Source of the DNA: Thalia democratica
Lineage: Eukaryota
Reading direction: 5' to 3'
NCBI GenBank assembly: GCA_965202585.1
Contig: OZ241826.1
Span: 38,316,001 to 38,380,000, forward strand
Length of the DNA stretch: 64,000 nt
Shown: positions 37,591 to 52,900 of the stretch, piece by piece
Position numbering within the stretch: the stretch's first letter is position 1
Layout of the letters: every line of letters begins with the position of its first letter
Notes under the pieces: model-generated
What the model saw: only the letters and a program-made list of their open reading frames with translations
The model's database searches: none
What the model was told of the DNA's origin: nothing
Position numbers and translations under genes: made by a program

Positions 37591-40417
37591 AGAAAGGTTG
37601 TGTTAGTTAAAGAAAAAAAATAATTAAAATAAACAAAATAAATGTAAAAAGCTTTTCTTTTTTTTGAGTAACTAGTTTTGTTGTTCACATATACACATAT
37701 GTTCATTACACAAACTAAACTTTTCAAAGAGTTCTGTTATAAACGACGTAGGTTTATTCGATTATAACTTAATTTTTGTATAAATGGAATTTAACTTTGG
37801 TGTAGATTATTAATTGTAACTTTTAAAACTAATCTAAAAATGTTTAAAGCTGTTTTTAATGTTATTTCTCGTAGAAATATATTTTAAATCTCGTATTTAA
37901 TTTTTTTAATGGAAATTTATATAAACTTTGTTTGTTTATTTTGATTATTGTACATTCTATAAGAAATATTACATTCTATAATATTCTATAAGAAATATAT
38001 TTTTTTTTACTTTGAAGTGTTATTTTTATTGATAAAAAAGTTTATACCTCTATAAACACTGTTTGTAAAATTAGTAAAACATGTTTGTACAATCTTTGTC
38101 AAAACTACAGTTGGTGTAAATTTTATATACTTTCAAGCTTAATATATTTATAAATAAAAGAAGCTTAAAAATTATAAGATTTTTTGTTATATTCTAATCT
38201 ACTGTTATTCTTTCTATATGGATTGTAAGTTTTCATTAGCTTTAGGCTTTTTGAACAACAGTTAACAAAAAAGTTTAATGTAACAAAAATTTATAAAAAT
38301 TTATGCACTTACCGAATGTAGTTACTCATTATATCTTCATCAAACATACAAGAAAAGTTATAAACTAGGAAAACTTATCCTTGTCAACGTTACAACATGC
38401 AAAAAAAACATAAGTTAAACGATTTTTATTCTGTTTTTTTTTAGTTTTTGTTTTGATATATATATGCAGTAAAAGATTTTAACTTGGAACTGTTACATGA
38501 GTTAAATATTTTATAAAGATGAACTTTGAACTCTAACTAGCTTTTTACAATTAAAACTTTGTTTTATTGTAAATTTTAACTGCCTAACTACTTAAAAGTC
38601 ACTTAAACTCACTTTAGTTTTAGACGGTAAAACTCCAAAAAATTAAAAACTACTTGCTTATTCTCCTTAAATATTTACTTCAATAAATTTAAAATAGAGG
38701 TTAACTTGTAAATAAAGAAACTTTTTACAAAGACTTCTAAAACGATGTTTTTGAATAGCAAAAATAACTTTGTTATGTTTTTTTTTACATGTTTAAAGTT
38801 TACAACTAAGTAAAAATAATTATAGAATTTAACTTGTTGCCAGTTTTAGAAATACTTAACATTATACATCATTTTTACCTGACATATAAATTTTTTTGTT
38901 TAAAGACAAAAAAGATGATTTAGGTCATTTGTTTGTTACAACGAATAAAGTATAAAAAAAAATCTTAAACAAGGTTATTATTTACTTTTTTACTACAAAA
39001 CTATCTTTTGTAATAAAGTATGTGTCGACAATTTAGATAAGTTTTATACAAAAAATTTATTATTACCAATGCTAACAGTTTTTTATTATTTCGAAGTTTT
39101 GTTAGTTGATAGCTGTTCAACATTAAGTTGTTTATTAAATAAATGCTTAAACTAATTTTCAGATAAAAAGTTGTGTATAAACAGATTTTGTAGAAATTAG
39201 GAACATAAAGAATAAATTGACAAAATTGGGAAATAAAATATATTGAAAACGTTTACAAATTAAAACAAATTTTCAAAAAATTTTAAAATTTAGATATTAA
39301 ATAAACGTTTTTACTTTATGAGTACGCAAGCTTAAGTGTTAACCATCACTTAGTGTCACAAAAAACATTATAAAGACTTGATTACTAAAAAAACTAGCTT
39401 ATCTTTTATTCATAGAGCGAGAACAAATGTATTTGTTCATAAATTTATTCAGCAGACAAAATTTAAAGAGCTCGACAATTCATCAGAAAGTTATTAAAAA
39501 AACGCATGAAAAATCATTAAGAATAAGTTGTTAATTAAGCAATTTTTTGACACTTAAATCAAAAGTTGAGAAAGTTATGAAAATAATTTAGTATTTCGAG
39601 ACAAAAGCTAAAAATTTGAACATTTAATTTTAAACAGAGTTTCAGATATCCGATATCGTTTTTAAGGTTCGAGACTTTTGTTTCAAATAATAACCTGTTT
39701 TTTTAATTAAAAAATTTATTTCTGTGTCTTTTACATGTTTTTCTAAGAGTTATATATTTATCGCTTTGACGAGAACTTTGAGCGAAATATAGTATACTAA
39801 ATAAAACTTTTAGAACAAAATAAAAACAATCTAAAGTTTTATTTATACAAGTTGAAAACATTTGAAAACTATAACAATATAAAACTTTCAATTAAAGATT
39901 ACTATGTTACTATTTGTAGCTAACTTGAGTTCAACGATATTAGAAAATTCCTTTAAGCGGTTTTTAGTAAACAAGCTTGTGTAGTATAGAGCACATAACA
40001 ATTTATATAATGACGGTTTTAAATTACTTTTATCAAAAATGTTGAAGTATATCAGAAACTTTTTTGGAAAATTTTAGGTAAATTTACATTGTTTTCGATT
40101 TTATTTTACTAAAAAAAGTTATTTCTACAGTTTAAAATACGTGTGTAAAACAACAAAGAATAAAAAGTTTATGTGATACAAGTACGAATACTTTGATAAT
40201 AAAGTTGAAAATTATTTTTTTTACGAAAACTAACGCGCGTATAACTTAAACACTCATTTTTAGGCTTTATATTTTATTACTTATCAACTTTGAATGGAAG
40301 AATAAAAAATTATAAAACTGAGCTAAGATGACACACTAAAAAATACTTTTATTGCGTAATTCTTACAAAACAAGAGTTTAACAGCCTTTTAAGACTTGCG
40401 TCAGCAATTCGAAAACA

Positions 40418-40642
40418 ATTAAAAACCACAAACTGACACAAAAAACATTTTATCAGTGGAAATTGAACATTGGAACAATTACCGTGTTGACGCAGAGAAA
40501 TTAAAAGTTGTAAAAACAATAAACTTTCGCTAATTAGCTGACAGCTTGGTTAATAATTACCCTGGTGATTTGATTAATTTCATCGGTGCGGTTAGTTATC
40601 AGTTAGTGTGCAGCTTGACTAAAGTGTTTGCATTCTGATTAG
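40418..40642 (+). promoter_or_regulatory. Conserved upstream (promoter/5' UTR) block of gene B
   Basis: Homologous to 22340-22555 (minus); about 250-470 nt upstream of ATG 40888. Confidence 0.6.
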
Positions 40643-40887
40643 TTAGATTTCATTGATTTTTTTGCTTTTTTAAATACTTATTTGAAATAAAATGTTATAT
40701 ACGCTATATTTTAACTTGTCAAGAAAAATCTTAGAGTTAAAACAAAATAAGCAAATTGAGAACTTTTTGTAAGAAATTTTTATAAACCTGTATTACTCAA
40801 AAGTAAAAAACACAGTAAAAACTAAAAAGCTAAAAAAAAAAAATTCAATTATTTCCGACAGAATCTGTTAAAGTAAAATTTTAAACG

Positions 40888-40948
40888 ATGATTTTAAGGA
40901 TTTTAAAACAAATATCATTTATAGTTTTACTTCTCCAGTTAGTATCAG
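40888..40948 (+). CDS. Gene B first coding exon, signal peptide [20 protein letters not shown](G)
   Basis: ATG, hydrophobic core, GTAAGC phase-1 donor; ends LLQLVSG like gene A. Confidence 0.85.
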
Positions 40949-43900
40949 GTAAGCTTAAAGTATATTTAGATTCATAATAAAACTAAAAATTTCGTGTACA
41001 ATGTTCGTTCTCAATTTATTAATTTCGAAAAAATAATATAAACAAATTTTATGTAGTATTTCGTAAATAGCTTTACGAAACTTTTAACTAGAAGCTTAAT
41101 TGAAGTTAAGCGACGTAAGCTTTCAACTTTTGTATTTCAAATCTATCTCTAAATTAAGAACAACTACAAAGAAACAAGTTTAAAAACAAGTAAACACTAA
41201 GTTGAAGAAGTTTACTAGTTATAACTTAAACTTTTCAAAACTTCAAGTAAAATTTACTGAAAGTTTCAATACGTTCATTAATCCTAACTACTAATACTTT
41301 TACTTTTAAATTACTTTGCGTTGCACACAAATAATAACAAAGCTTGAAAGGTCAATAGAATAGCTAAATTAAGAATTTAATTAAGCTTGTATTGATAAGT
41401 TTTAAATATATTTTTACTACTTTTTTTAGTCAAAAAAAGAACTTATTCACCTTAGTTTGACATTATAATAATTTTAATTATTAATTCACATTTATTTTTT
41501 TTATATATAAGATGAAGTGTTAAAACGAATAACTTTTAAAGTTATTTAGTTATTGATAATAAAGTTCGTTTATTTATTTTCCTTTCAAGCACTTAAGGTA
41601 AATTTGAACTCACTTTTAAATTTAAATTTGAAATACTTAAAACAAACTTAAAACTTGTAGACAAAATTTTTTGAAGCTTTTCAAAGTGTAGTTCTACACT
41701 TTTTTTCAAAGTTTTAAATTTGATTTTATTCGTGTAGATTAAGATGATGGACTTGAACTTCTTAAATTTATAAAGATGTTAAAATAAATTAATGTATATA
41801 TCAGTTTAAATATTTTAAACTGTTTTACTAAGTTTCTAATAAATTTTGCGCAGGTTACGATGTGGGACTTACCCGTATCGAGGGAAGGGGCAACTCTTGG
41901 GCGGTCGGTTACCAAGGAGACATGCTCGAGGGTTACCTTGACGACCGAAGCACTCTAACATCCATCACGTGGGCGTTGGTTACCGAAGATGGTGACGTCA
42001 CAGAGACGCATTTGGTCAACAGCGACGGCAGCTGCACGTTGCTGGGCAACGACGTGACGTCATTCGAAATCGGTTGTCAGGACGACGGAAGCGGGGGATT
42101 GAGGAGTTTGTTCACCGTAACCAGGGAGTTGGTGGAGTCGGATTTGGAGGTGAAGATTTCTTTCGATAACTCGGGGGATTCCCAGCAAATTCCTACCGTG
42201 GTTTCGCCTATTTTTGTCAAAAGTTAGTTTTTTTAGATTTTATTAAATTTTTACGTAATGGTTTAATTTGTTTTTATAATTTTAATGACGGTTTTTTATA
42301 AATATATTATTATTTTTCCTTGTTTTGTAAATCAATAACTAGTGTGGATTCTTAATTCAGTTTAATTATTTTTTTAAGAAAATATTTGTGACTTAAAACT
42401 AATTATTAGTCATAGAAAAAGTTATAAGATATATCAACGTTAATTTTTAGTTTAAGCATTTATAAACATTTACTCTGAGTTTTCTTTTTTGGGTGATACA
42501 GTTTGTTTAATAACAGTTTATTTATTACTATTTTTCAGTGTGTGAAGCCGACAGACCAGTGGTTGTCGACACGCAAGGATCAGAAATCAAATACCAGACC
42601 CAAGGAAATTTCCAGTGCGTCGGTGCAGGGTACCTGTACAACGAAACCAGCCAGTTGGAAATCGTTGACAGCTCTACTGTTTGCACGATTGACGCTGAAT
42701 GGATGGGACAAGATGACATGATTTGTTATAATGGTCAGTTTGTTGATAATATTATTATAAGTTAATCAAATAAATTTAGAATTTTTTTTTCCAGTATAAT
42801 AAATAGTCAGTACTTGCTTGTGAAAATTGTTATACTTTTATGAGAATGATAATGTAAAAGCAGTATTTTAAAAAGAAATCGCAAATATAAAGAGTAATTA
42901 AGCATATCGTGTTTGATGCTGTATGATTGGATACTGTCACAATGTCGAAACAGTGATAGTATTTTAAGTGTAAGCCAAGATGTTATTTTATAGAAACTTT
43001 GATAATTTTAAGACGAAATCCATGAAGTTTAACTTTTTTTTTAATTTGAAACAGTTCTTAAAGTTTGACGTATTCTAATGTATTTTTATAGCATCTTTTT
43101 AAATATGCTATAAATTAAATACAATAATTTGTTTTTATACACTTCAACCGGTGCTTTCATTAGGAATAATTTTTTTTTTAGTTAAAACCAACAGTCTACG
43201 TTGTTTAAAAAATCTAAAAAACATTATTTATTACAAAATATCAATAAAGCTTTTAGATAACTTTCTAAACTTATACACATCTATTTAGTATAACAAAAGA
43301 CTTAAGCGATAAAACTTTTTATCGAAAAAATAGTAAACTGCAAATGTAATACTACTATTAATCCGTCGTAATCTTTTTATTACTAAAATCCTACTAAGAA
43401 TTTGAAAACGTGTTTATATATTACTTTTGTATCACAGAACCAAAGAACGTGTCATTGTCGGGAGATTTGGAAATAACCGAAGGTACAGACCTGTATTTGA
43501 GATGCAGATATTTTACTCAGGACAGCAACCCTGCCACTAACATTATTTTTTATGTTGATGACAAAGTTTATGAGGAGATTGATTTGACGCAAAACAGAAC
43601 GGTTTGTAGTGGTTGAAGTTTGTGTGTAGTTTAACTACACAACTGTTTCAAATACTTTAAATTATCTTAATAGTTACAAAATATGTTTGTTTTACAATAA
43701 ACATTTTTCGTTAATTAATAAACTAACATTGTAATACATTTCAAATTGTTTACAATAATCATTTTAAAGTGTCTATTTAACTTATAAATCTTATCTAAAC
43801 TTTAATGCAAACTGATAATACCAAACAGTAATTCTAAGTTAAAAAGAAAAAGTGTTTAAATCTTATTAACCAAACAACTGACAATTATCAAACAACATCA

Positions 43901-46900
43901 AAACAGGAAGCGGTATTAAGAATGGGAGTTGATGAGATCACTGATAAAATGACAGTACAGTGTAAAGCTGAAAATTTTATAAATGCTGGTGTAGATGACC
44001 ACGGTGGATTCTCACCTATTGAAACTATTAGAATATGTTAGTCAGCTGTTTAAGTAAATAAAATCGTTTATTCATTATTTTATTGTTCTGATAAAGAAAT
44101 TTCCTTTTCACGTAACAGCTGTATGAGTAACATTAGTTACAAAAAATTATCAAAAACTTAACAACTTTTTTGATATACTATTTTATCATTGTACTCTTGA
44201 TAAATCAATGATGATCGTATTTTAAAAAACTTAACAAAAACTTCAAGTAACCATTTATTACGTCAGTTCTTAAACACGATAATTTTTAAAATGTATATAT
44301 GATACAGTTATTGAACCCTCAAAAATACAAAAGGCTACAATGATTTAGTAAAGCGTAATGTTATAACAGGCTCATTATATACTACATTACAAATAAAAGT
44401 CTAATAAAGTAAAATAAATAACACAAACAGACCCAGATTCTTGTTCATCTAGTCCATGCGATGCAAATGCTATTTGTAGTGATGGCGAAAATGGACCTGT
44501 TTGTGAATGTTTGCCCCAATTTGCAGGAGATGGAACTACTTGCACTGGTTTGTATCAGAAATAAAATGATATTAATTTTCTATTTTTATTAAGTTTATTT
44601 TAAGACTGTTTTTCTTTATTAACCAGCAACGCATACTAGCTTATTTATAAGGTGTAAGTAAAACTTGAAAAACAAATGTAACAAACATAACTGTTAAGAA
44701 TAAGTTTGAAGAGTTGAAATATGCATTGCTCAGTTAAGATTACCTATTTAGTTTTTTTTTTGTTACAACTAAAGGTTTGTTAAACTAAAACTGAGTTTAA
44801 AAAGAAGTAGACTGAACAGTAATCAACGAACATAAAGTATACAAACAATCAATTTACGTAGAGAACTTACAATTCACACTTGTTTTTGCAACAACGATAT
44901 TAGATTTTTTAAAAGTTATCTAGCAATATTCCCAATCAGAAATCCAATCAACGATGACAGCATCATTCGAGCGTAGCAATGACGTCACGGGTGACGATTG
45001 GGCGTGGGGGTACGTGGGGGTGATGTACGCGGCAACCATCAATTCAACCGAGCCCTTCTCGTTGTTATGGGAGTTCGGCGGGTTTCAGTTTGGTTACGAT
45101 GTCGACGAGGACGGAAAATTCGAAATAAGTCAGGTATGGAATAATGGCTGTTTGTAAAAGTCTTTGAGTTTTAAATGTTATGTGTTTTTACAATTAAAAA
45201 ATTGTTTAACGCATTCAAATATTTGTTAATTTATTTTTTAATTGTTGTCTAATTAACAACATATCGACCTCATTTAGTCATTTCTAAATTTTCACAAATT
45301 TACACGGCTAGGCTGAACTTACAAAGCTGTCAGTAAACTAAACGGTTACAAATTAAAATCTTCGTATAACACATCTAATTTTCAACTTCTAGGCAAGCAC
45401 ATACCTTGAAAGCTGTGGTCATACAATTATTATTTTTTACCTTTCACAGGAAACAACACGGTTGGTGAGCGATGTTTCCGCATCTTTTGGCAGGATCGGT
45501 GATGGAATATACTTATCCCAGATCAACGTAAAAGGCTCGGGAACCACGCTGGGATACGGGTTGGATGACACTAACGATGGTGGAATGGTGAAATTCAAAA
45601 CTGTATCTAAACTTATGAGCGAGAGGGAGATTGAGTTTGAGAGGACAATTTCCGTGAAAAGTTTTTATTTTTAAAATATGGCTATACATGTTCTTATAAA
45701 TCTTAAAAGATGTATATATGTTTTGTAAAGTGTATGTCAAACTAGGCCAATAAACGTTTTCAGTGAGTTTATTATTTTACTGCTTGCTTTGAAATTTTGA
45801 AATACAGTATGTTAACAAATAGATGATTTTGTAACAGAAAATAAAAAGTTCAGCATAAAAAATGTCTATCTAGTTAATAAGTCATAAAAAATTTGGAGTA
45901 AGGTACATAAGCATAATACAAATAAAGTCACAACACAAAAAAAAAAGTTTCAGAGACTGTTTCAATTAGCAGTTAACGATAAAATTCTTAAAATTTAACA
46001 AAAGCTAAGAATAGCTTTTATAACTAATATAAGATTATATAATTATAATTTACACAAGTATAAGTACAAAAACAACTTTTATAAAAGCTAAACACGGAAA
46101 CTAATGCCACATGTTTTTCACAGACTGTTCTTTTCCGCTGAGAGGCGACTTCAACGTCACATCTTACGATGACGTCATATACAACTCGAAGGGGGTGATC
46201 ACGTGCGCAAATAATCAAGGGGTGCAGTTTCCGAACGGGACCACAACTGATAAGTTTGACACAGTTTGCCAGGCAAACGCGCTGTGGAGCGACTTTGACG
46301 GCGTTGGTTGCGTGCCAGGTAAGTGGAAAGTTTTATAACTATTTTTAATATTGATTTTTTTGTTTGTATATTTTGAATTTTTTAATTTTTTAGAACTTTA
46401 TTTCAGTTATCTCAAACCCTTGCTTTGTGCTCCTTTAGTTTTAAATTAGTGATTTTTATTTCAACTATAGGTTAATCAGCTGCTTATTTAATTAGAAACA
46501 TTTATTTTCTTTTCAAATTTTGTTATATAATCTCACAAACTTATAACCGTTTTTATTGTTTCAGTAAATATACTAAACACAGTTTATGAAGGTAATTAAG
46601 AAGTTCAGTTTTATAAATTCAAATAAAATGTTTATATTCTATTTATTCATATAGTAAACGCGTTAAAAATATTGAACTGTATTGAAATGAATAGATGAAG
46701 ACGAGTGCGCTAAAGCTATAAAACCTTGTGATACAAACGCCCAATGTACAAACTTGCCTGGAACTTTCACTTGTGAATGTAATCCTGGTTATTCTGGTGA
46801 TGGATTGTCTTGTACTTGTGAGTTTCAATATATATATTTTGTTTTTAAAAAGTGTTTATAACCAATGACTTTCTGAAAAAAAACTTACATGATATTTCTA

Positions 46901-49900
46901 AGTAAGGTATAATAAGTACTATACATAGAAAAAAATAATATATTTATTTATATATGTGTGTCATCTTTATGTTTTGTGTGAAACTAGTTAACCACTTTTT
47001 ATTCTACAAACCTTACTCGAAAATAAAGACAAATATCTAATATAGTTATTAAGTGCTAAATTTATACTTACTTATTACGTCACAGTGCTCGTGACGCAGC
47101 TCGAAGTCACGTTCCAACGAAGCGTGCCTGGTAACCAGCAGGACTGGGCATACGGTTACCAGGGAGAGCTCTACCAGGCGGTGATAACCTTGGGTGACCC
47201 CGCAGAAACATTCTCATTTGGATGGCAGTTTAAAGGAGAAAGCATCGATTTCAATGTTGGTGATTCCCCTAATAATGCCCAAAGAGGATACGAGAATTAC
47301 TACGCCACTTTTGAGACTTTGAGTTCAGGTACTTATGCCAAACAACTATTTATCAGTTTTTGTTTTGCATAATGACAGTAATATTTTTAATGTTTCGTAG
47401 ACAAACTTGTTTAAAAAGTAATTTTATCAAAAATAAAGAGCAACTCAAGCTACTTAAACTTGTAGTCAAATATGAAGCATTATCTTATACATTAATCAAC
47501 TTAATTTGTATACCTTCAAATTTTAATTTTTATGTTTTTACTTCCAGGATCTATCAGGAGTTCAATGAAGCTACTAAGACAATTGAGTGATTCAGACAGC
47601 GGAGAAAAAGTTAAATTTTTTGCAAAATCAGATTATATCAATACCGACCAACAAGATTTTACTAAAACAATCACAGTCAAAAGTAAATAATTATATTTAA
47701 ATATTAAAATTTATGCCATCTATATGCGTAAACAACTTTGGTTTATTACTTTGTCTATGATTAACTATTTTGTATAGCTCTTTAGGTGTTCTTTTTTTTT
47801 AAGAGTTTTAATATTTCCTTGTGCTTACATTTGATAATCGACAATTTCCAACTTGTATAACAAAAATTTTTGCTATTAGTTTTCTCAATATACCTTCAAA
47901 TAGTTTTAAATAGTATTTTAAATATTATAAAACTCCGCATAAAGGCAGTTTTCAACACTAACACCTCTAAATGAATTTAACTTGTTAAACATGTTTTTAG
48001 TTAGTTTAGATAGTTTCACTATTTTTCTTATTGTTTGTTCGTACGTAAACGAAAACAACAGAGTGCGCCACCACTGGTAACCCATCTGTCACACCTATTA
48101 TCGATGACGTCATATACCAGACCGCGGGATTTTACAGTTGCCAAGGCGACGACTACCTGTCGCTAGACGACGGAAGCCCGGTGGAAGTTATTCAAACCAC
48201 ATGCACTGCCGATGGTACTTGGGAGAATGAAGGGGTTTACACCTGCAGTACTGGTTTGTTTCATTTTGACTTATATGTTTTATTTATGTTAGTAGTTAAT
48301 GTGTTATTACAAATTGTCAAGTTTCTTGAGATTAACGCAGGAGTCAGCAAAATGCAGCCCAATAAATAAAAATTCTTCAACGTGTATTTTAAACCTAATT
48401 TTGATGACAATGTTGAGTTTGATTAAACGTGATAACTTTACACATACTGACTGTGTGTACTACTATACTGTGACTGCATGATTTACAGTGAATAAACCTA
48501 AATATTTTTCTACATGAAAACCAAAAACGTTTTATTTGCTTAATTCTAGTTTATCAGCGCTTACGACAATAGTATTAATTTTGGATAAAGTAACGTAAAA
48601 AACAGAAGTAAAAAACACTTTCCTACCAAAAATAGTATACTTTATGACGTAGACGATTTAAATTTTAGTAATTGTTTATATTTAGACCAAGTTTTCCTAA
48701 TGTAAACGACATTGCCCCTCAACTTCGATAATGGCTACCAAGGGGCAATGAAATATAAGGGAAATAAACAATCAAGTAGTAAAGGGGAAATAACTATAAA
48801 AATATTTTTGAGCTTTTTCAACACGCATATAAATAAATGTAGTAGATTTAAACAGGTTTTAATCATAATACCGATAAACAGATGTAAATGAATGCGATAC
48901 AAATCCTTGTGGAACGAATGCTGAGTGCATAAATACATTGGGAAGTTTTATTTGCCAGTGTGAAATTGGTTATTCTGGAGATCCTTTTACTGACTGCAGT
49001 GAAAGTTTGTTTTAGTTTGAATTTAAGTCTAAAAAACAAAAGGGTAGCTGCAGTAGTTAACTTAAACTTAAGAAATATGCATTTTATTGATCTTAAACTC
49101 TCCCTCCCTCGTTAATTTTATTTTACAAATATCCATCGTTATAAAAATTAAAATGTCATTAAAATGTTAAATACTATTTTCTAACACGTCTTCACGTGAA
49201 AAAACATTGAAGTTTTTAAAAAATTGTTTTTTCAACAGTGTTGGACTCCAACATTCAAGTAATATTCGATAGAAGTGGAGATAGTACTACTGACGATTGG
49301 TCAACTGGTTATTACGGTAGTTTTTATCAATCAACCATTTACAGTCAGGAACCTTACATGGTGAGATGGTCGTTTAATGGTGAAACTGTTGAATACAATG
49401 TTGAAACATCTACTGAAAATACAAAAAAGGCTGACAGAGCAGGTAAAAGATTTAAACTTTATTGTTTTACTTTTGATAAATTTTCTACATTGACTGTAAC
49501 ACAACAACTGGTATTTATTATTATTTGCATGATCAATGTCTTTACTCATTAAGTTGGTATGTTTCAAACAGATGACCAATTTTCTAGGTAAGTATTTGAA
49601 GGAGTAAAATCTTTATATTGATAATTTATATAAAATTAGGTGAAACAAGTTTTTACGCGACTTATGAGACTCTTGCTCCTGGTCAGTTCAGATCTGTGAT
49701 GAACATAATTAGCAGTCTCAACTCTACAAATGACCAGCAGAAAGTTCAGTTCTACATCATACCTGTTTATCCGAGTGGAAAAAGGCAGGACTTTGAAAGA
49801 ACAATCACTGTTAAACGTTAGTAGAAGTTTTGACAACTACATACGTTCAATATTATTACTTTTGTTTAGATAGTTATGTGTGAATATATAAGCTTGAAAA

Positions 49901-52900
49901 CGTATAAAAGTAATAGTTTAAATCTGTAATTTCAACTTTTGTACTGATGTTACAAAACTAGAGCCTTAACGTTCAGCTTAACATAATAAAAATCAAGTTG
50001 GTTTAGTACAATTCATGAAATATAGAAAATTCTAAGTTCTTGTACATTTTGTATTTTGTTGTTTAATCTAATCTTTATCTACATATATGTGCTTACGTTA
50101 GTAGAACTACTAAAAGCAATAATAAAAAAAATTATCTTTGTTGTAAAATCTTTACAGAATGCTCCACATCGCCAACTAGTGACACAACTGTCCAATCAAC
50201 CGACCCCACCTACTTGCAACCCGGAGTTCTTACTTGCAACGACCCACTAGTAGTACAGCTACCCAATGGAGATCTTGTGGAAACGTTTGATACAGTTTGT
50301 GGTGCAGATGCTAAGTGGGTGGATTTGGACACTATAACTTGCGAAACAGGTATAAAATTTGGTACTTGTTTTTGTTTAAATAAATTTTACATTACTTCAA
50401 AGAGTGTCTTACTTTGAACTTAAAATTAAGCCCTAAAAGTATCTAAAAATTACTACAAATCTGATATACTTTTCGGTTATTTGTGACACCTTAAAATCAT
50501 TACTATTATTATTCTTTTTATGTTAGGTAATCACTTATGATACATCTTTTTTTTTTTTTGGTTTAACAACACAAATAATACAATACATACAATAATAGAT
50601 GTTGATGAATGTGCTTCAAGTCCTTGCGATACAAACGCCCAATGTACTGACTTACCCGGAACTTTTAATTGTGAATGTAATGTTGGATATACTGGTGATG
50701 GAACTACTTGTACTAGTAAGTTAAAAATAGCTAGAAACAAAAACATATAAAAAACTCATACTGTTTTTTTTTTTAGAAAAAAATAATTTTGAAACATTTT
50801 GTTATAGTTTTGGTTCCACGTTGTTAGATACAATTACCATCATAGTAAAGATAATGAGAAAGTTCTAACGTTTCATCTATTTCAGCTAACTATTAATAGC
50901 TATCGGTGGTCGTTTAACCTGTGTGTTTAAATCATAATTTGTTTTGTTAACTTTTACTTATTTTGATAGTATTGGAATCGAAACTGGACATCGTGTTCGG
51001 ACGCAGCGAGGGTTCCCATGACGACGACTGGACCCAAGGTTACCAAGGAAACTTCTACGGGGCGGAAATATTTGCCAACGGGGAAACTTACTCCGCCACG
51101 TGGAAGTTCGACGGTCAGGAGGAGAGTATCCGAATCGGGGATTCCCCTAGTTCGAGATCAACAGGCAACTTCTACGTGACGTTTGAGAAGACACCAAGGG
51201 GTAGTTACGAGACGACGATGAAGTTGCTAAGGAAACTGGTTGCTGGGGACGAGGGTAAGAAAGTGGAATTCTTCACTGTATCAGATTACATTGGCAACGA
51301 GAGACAAGACTTTTCTGCGACTATTTCTATTACAAGTGGGTTTTGTTTTGTAGTATATTATTATTTTTTTAACAACAAATTACTGTCTATTCTAAATAGC
51401 TCTTATTGTTTTGAATTTTATTTCTGTTACCTGTGAACCATCTTAAAACAAACTAAAAAATTCATACTAAAGTAAAAAGCTCTATGAAACTAAAAGTCTA
51501 AAGTCATATATTTACCTTGGTAATTTTCCTTGTTTATAAGTTTACTTAGTTTTTGCTTTTTTAACTAGCTTTGTTTGTTAAAATCTAGTTTAGTATATAA
51601 GATAACTTTATACTGAATAGTTACCGTTTTACAACAGCATGCTCATCTAATGGCCTGGTTTCACCTATCACTGAAAACGTTGATTTCTCTGCACAAGGTC
51701 TTTATTTCTGTCCACAAGGACAGTACTTGTCGTTGAAAGACGGAAGCGAAGTTGGTGAATACGCAACTGTTTGTACGGCTGATGGTACTTGGCAAAATGA
51801 AGACGATTATATTTGCAGTACAGGTGTGTTGAGTAATTTTGCGCTTTAACTTTAAGCTTATGCTTTTTAAATACTGCTGATCATATTACTTTTATTATTC
51901 AATAAAGAAAAATAACTGAATTTTATTTAGACCAGCTAATTGCAAAAAGTTAAAAAAATATTGAACTGAATATTTTTCTTTATCTTCTTTCTAAAATTTA
52001 AAACACATATTTGTTTTTAGTGGTCTTTATGCTAAAACAGTTTAAATTATAAACATTCAATGATGACTTGTTAATACAAAGTAAAATAACAACAGACACA
52101 AATGAATGCGATTCAAACCCCTGTGGAACAAATGCAGTTTGCTTCAACACTTTAGGAAGTTTTATTTGCCAGTGTAGTCCTGGATATTCTGGAGATCCGC
52201 TTGTAGACTGTAGTGAAGGTTTTTAAACATATTTATCTAAGTTCCGCCTTTTTTTAGACAAAAAACAAAATTTTTTATCTAGTTTTCCCTATGGATTTCA
52301 TAACAAAGTAAAAGATTTTATGTACGTAGTTGTGTTTTAGAAACTTAAAATGAATTTTTTAAATCTATTAAAATAAAACTTAAACATAGTGGAATTTGTA
52401 AAACGTATCTTGTTGTTTTTTTTTATCTAACACTACGTTATACGTTCTCCAGTGTTGGATTCGAACATTCGAGTCGACTTCAACCGAAACACTGGTAACA
52501 GAGACAGTGACGACTGGGCGGTAGGGTTCACAGGTGGCTTGTACGAAGCTTCCATACTGTCTACAGAACCGTTCACTGTGGGTTGGACGTTTGACGGCAA
52601 AACCGTTGAATACAGTGTTGACATGTCAGCGTTGATGGTTAAGGAGGGAGAAATAGTAAAGCAGAACAGGTTGAGTCATTGTTGGCTGATAAACTCGTTG
52701 CTGGTTTTAAGTAAACTAGTGTAGCTGTTTTTAGTTATGTCGGTTAAATATGAATTGAATATTATTTACTAGTTTAAAATCAATGGATATAGTTACTGAC
52801 ACAAAAATAAGTGTTTATACTTACTACCAGCTTTAAAATGTCTACCACCGAATCTAACAACAGATGAAACACTTGTTAACATAAAACTAAAACCTGATTA

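Noticed and set aside
37960-38000. Short ACATTCTATAAGAAATAT-type duplications
   Set aside because: Ordinary slippage-type micro-duplication in AT-rich DNA; no further structure.
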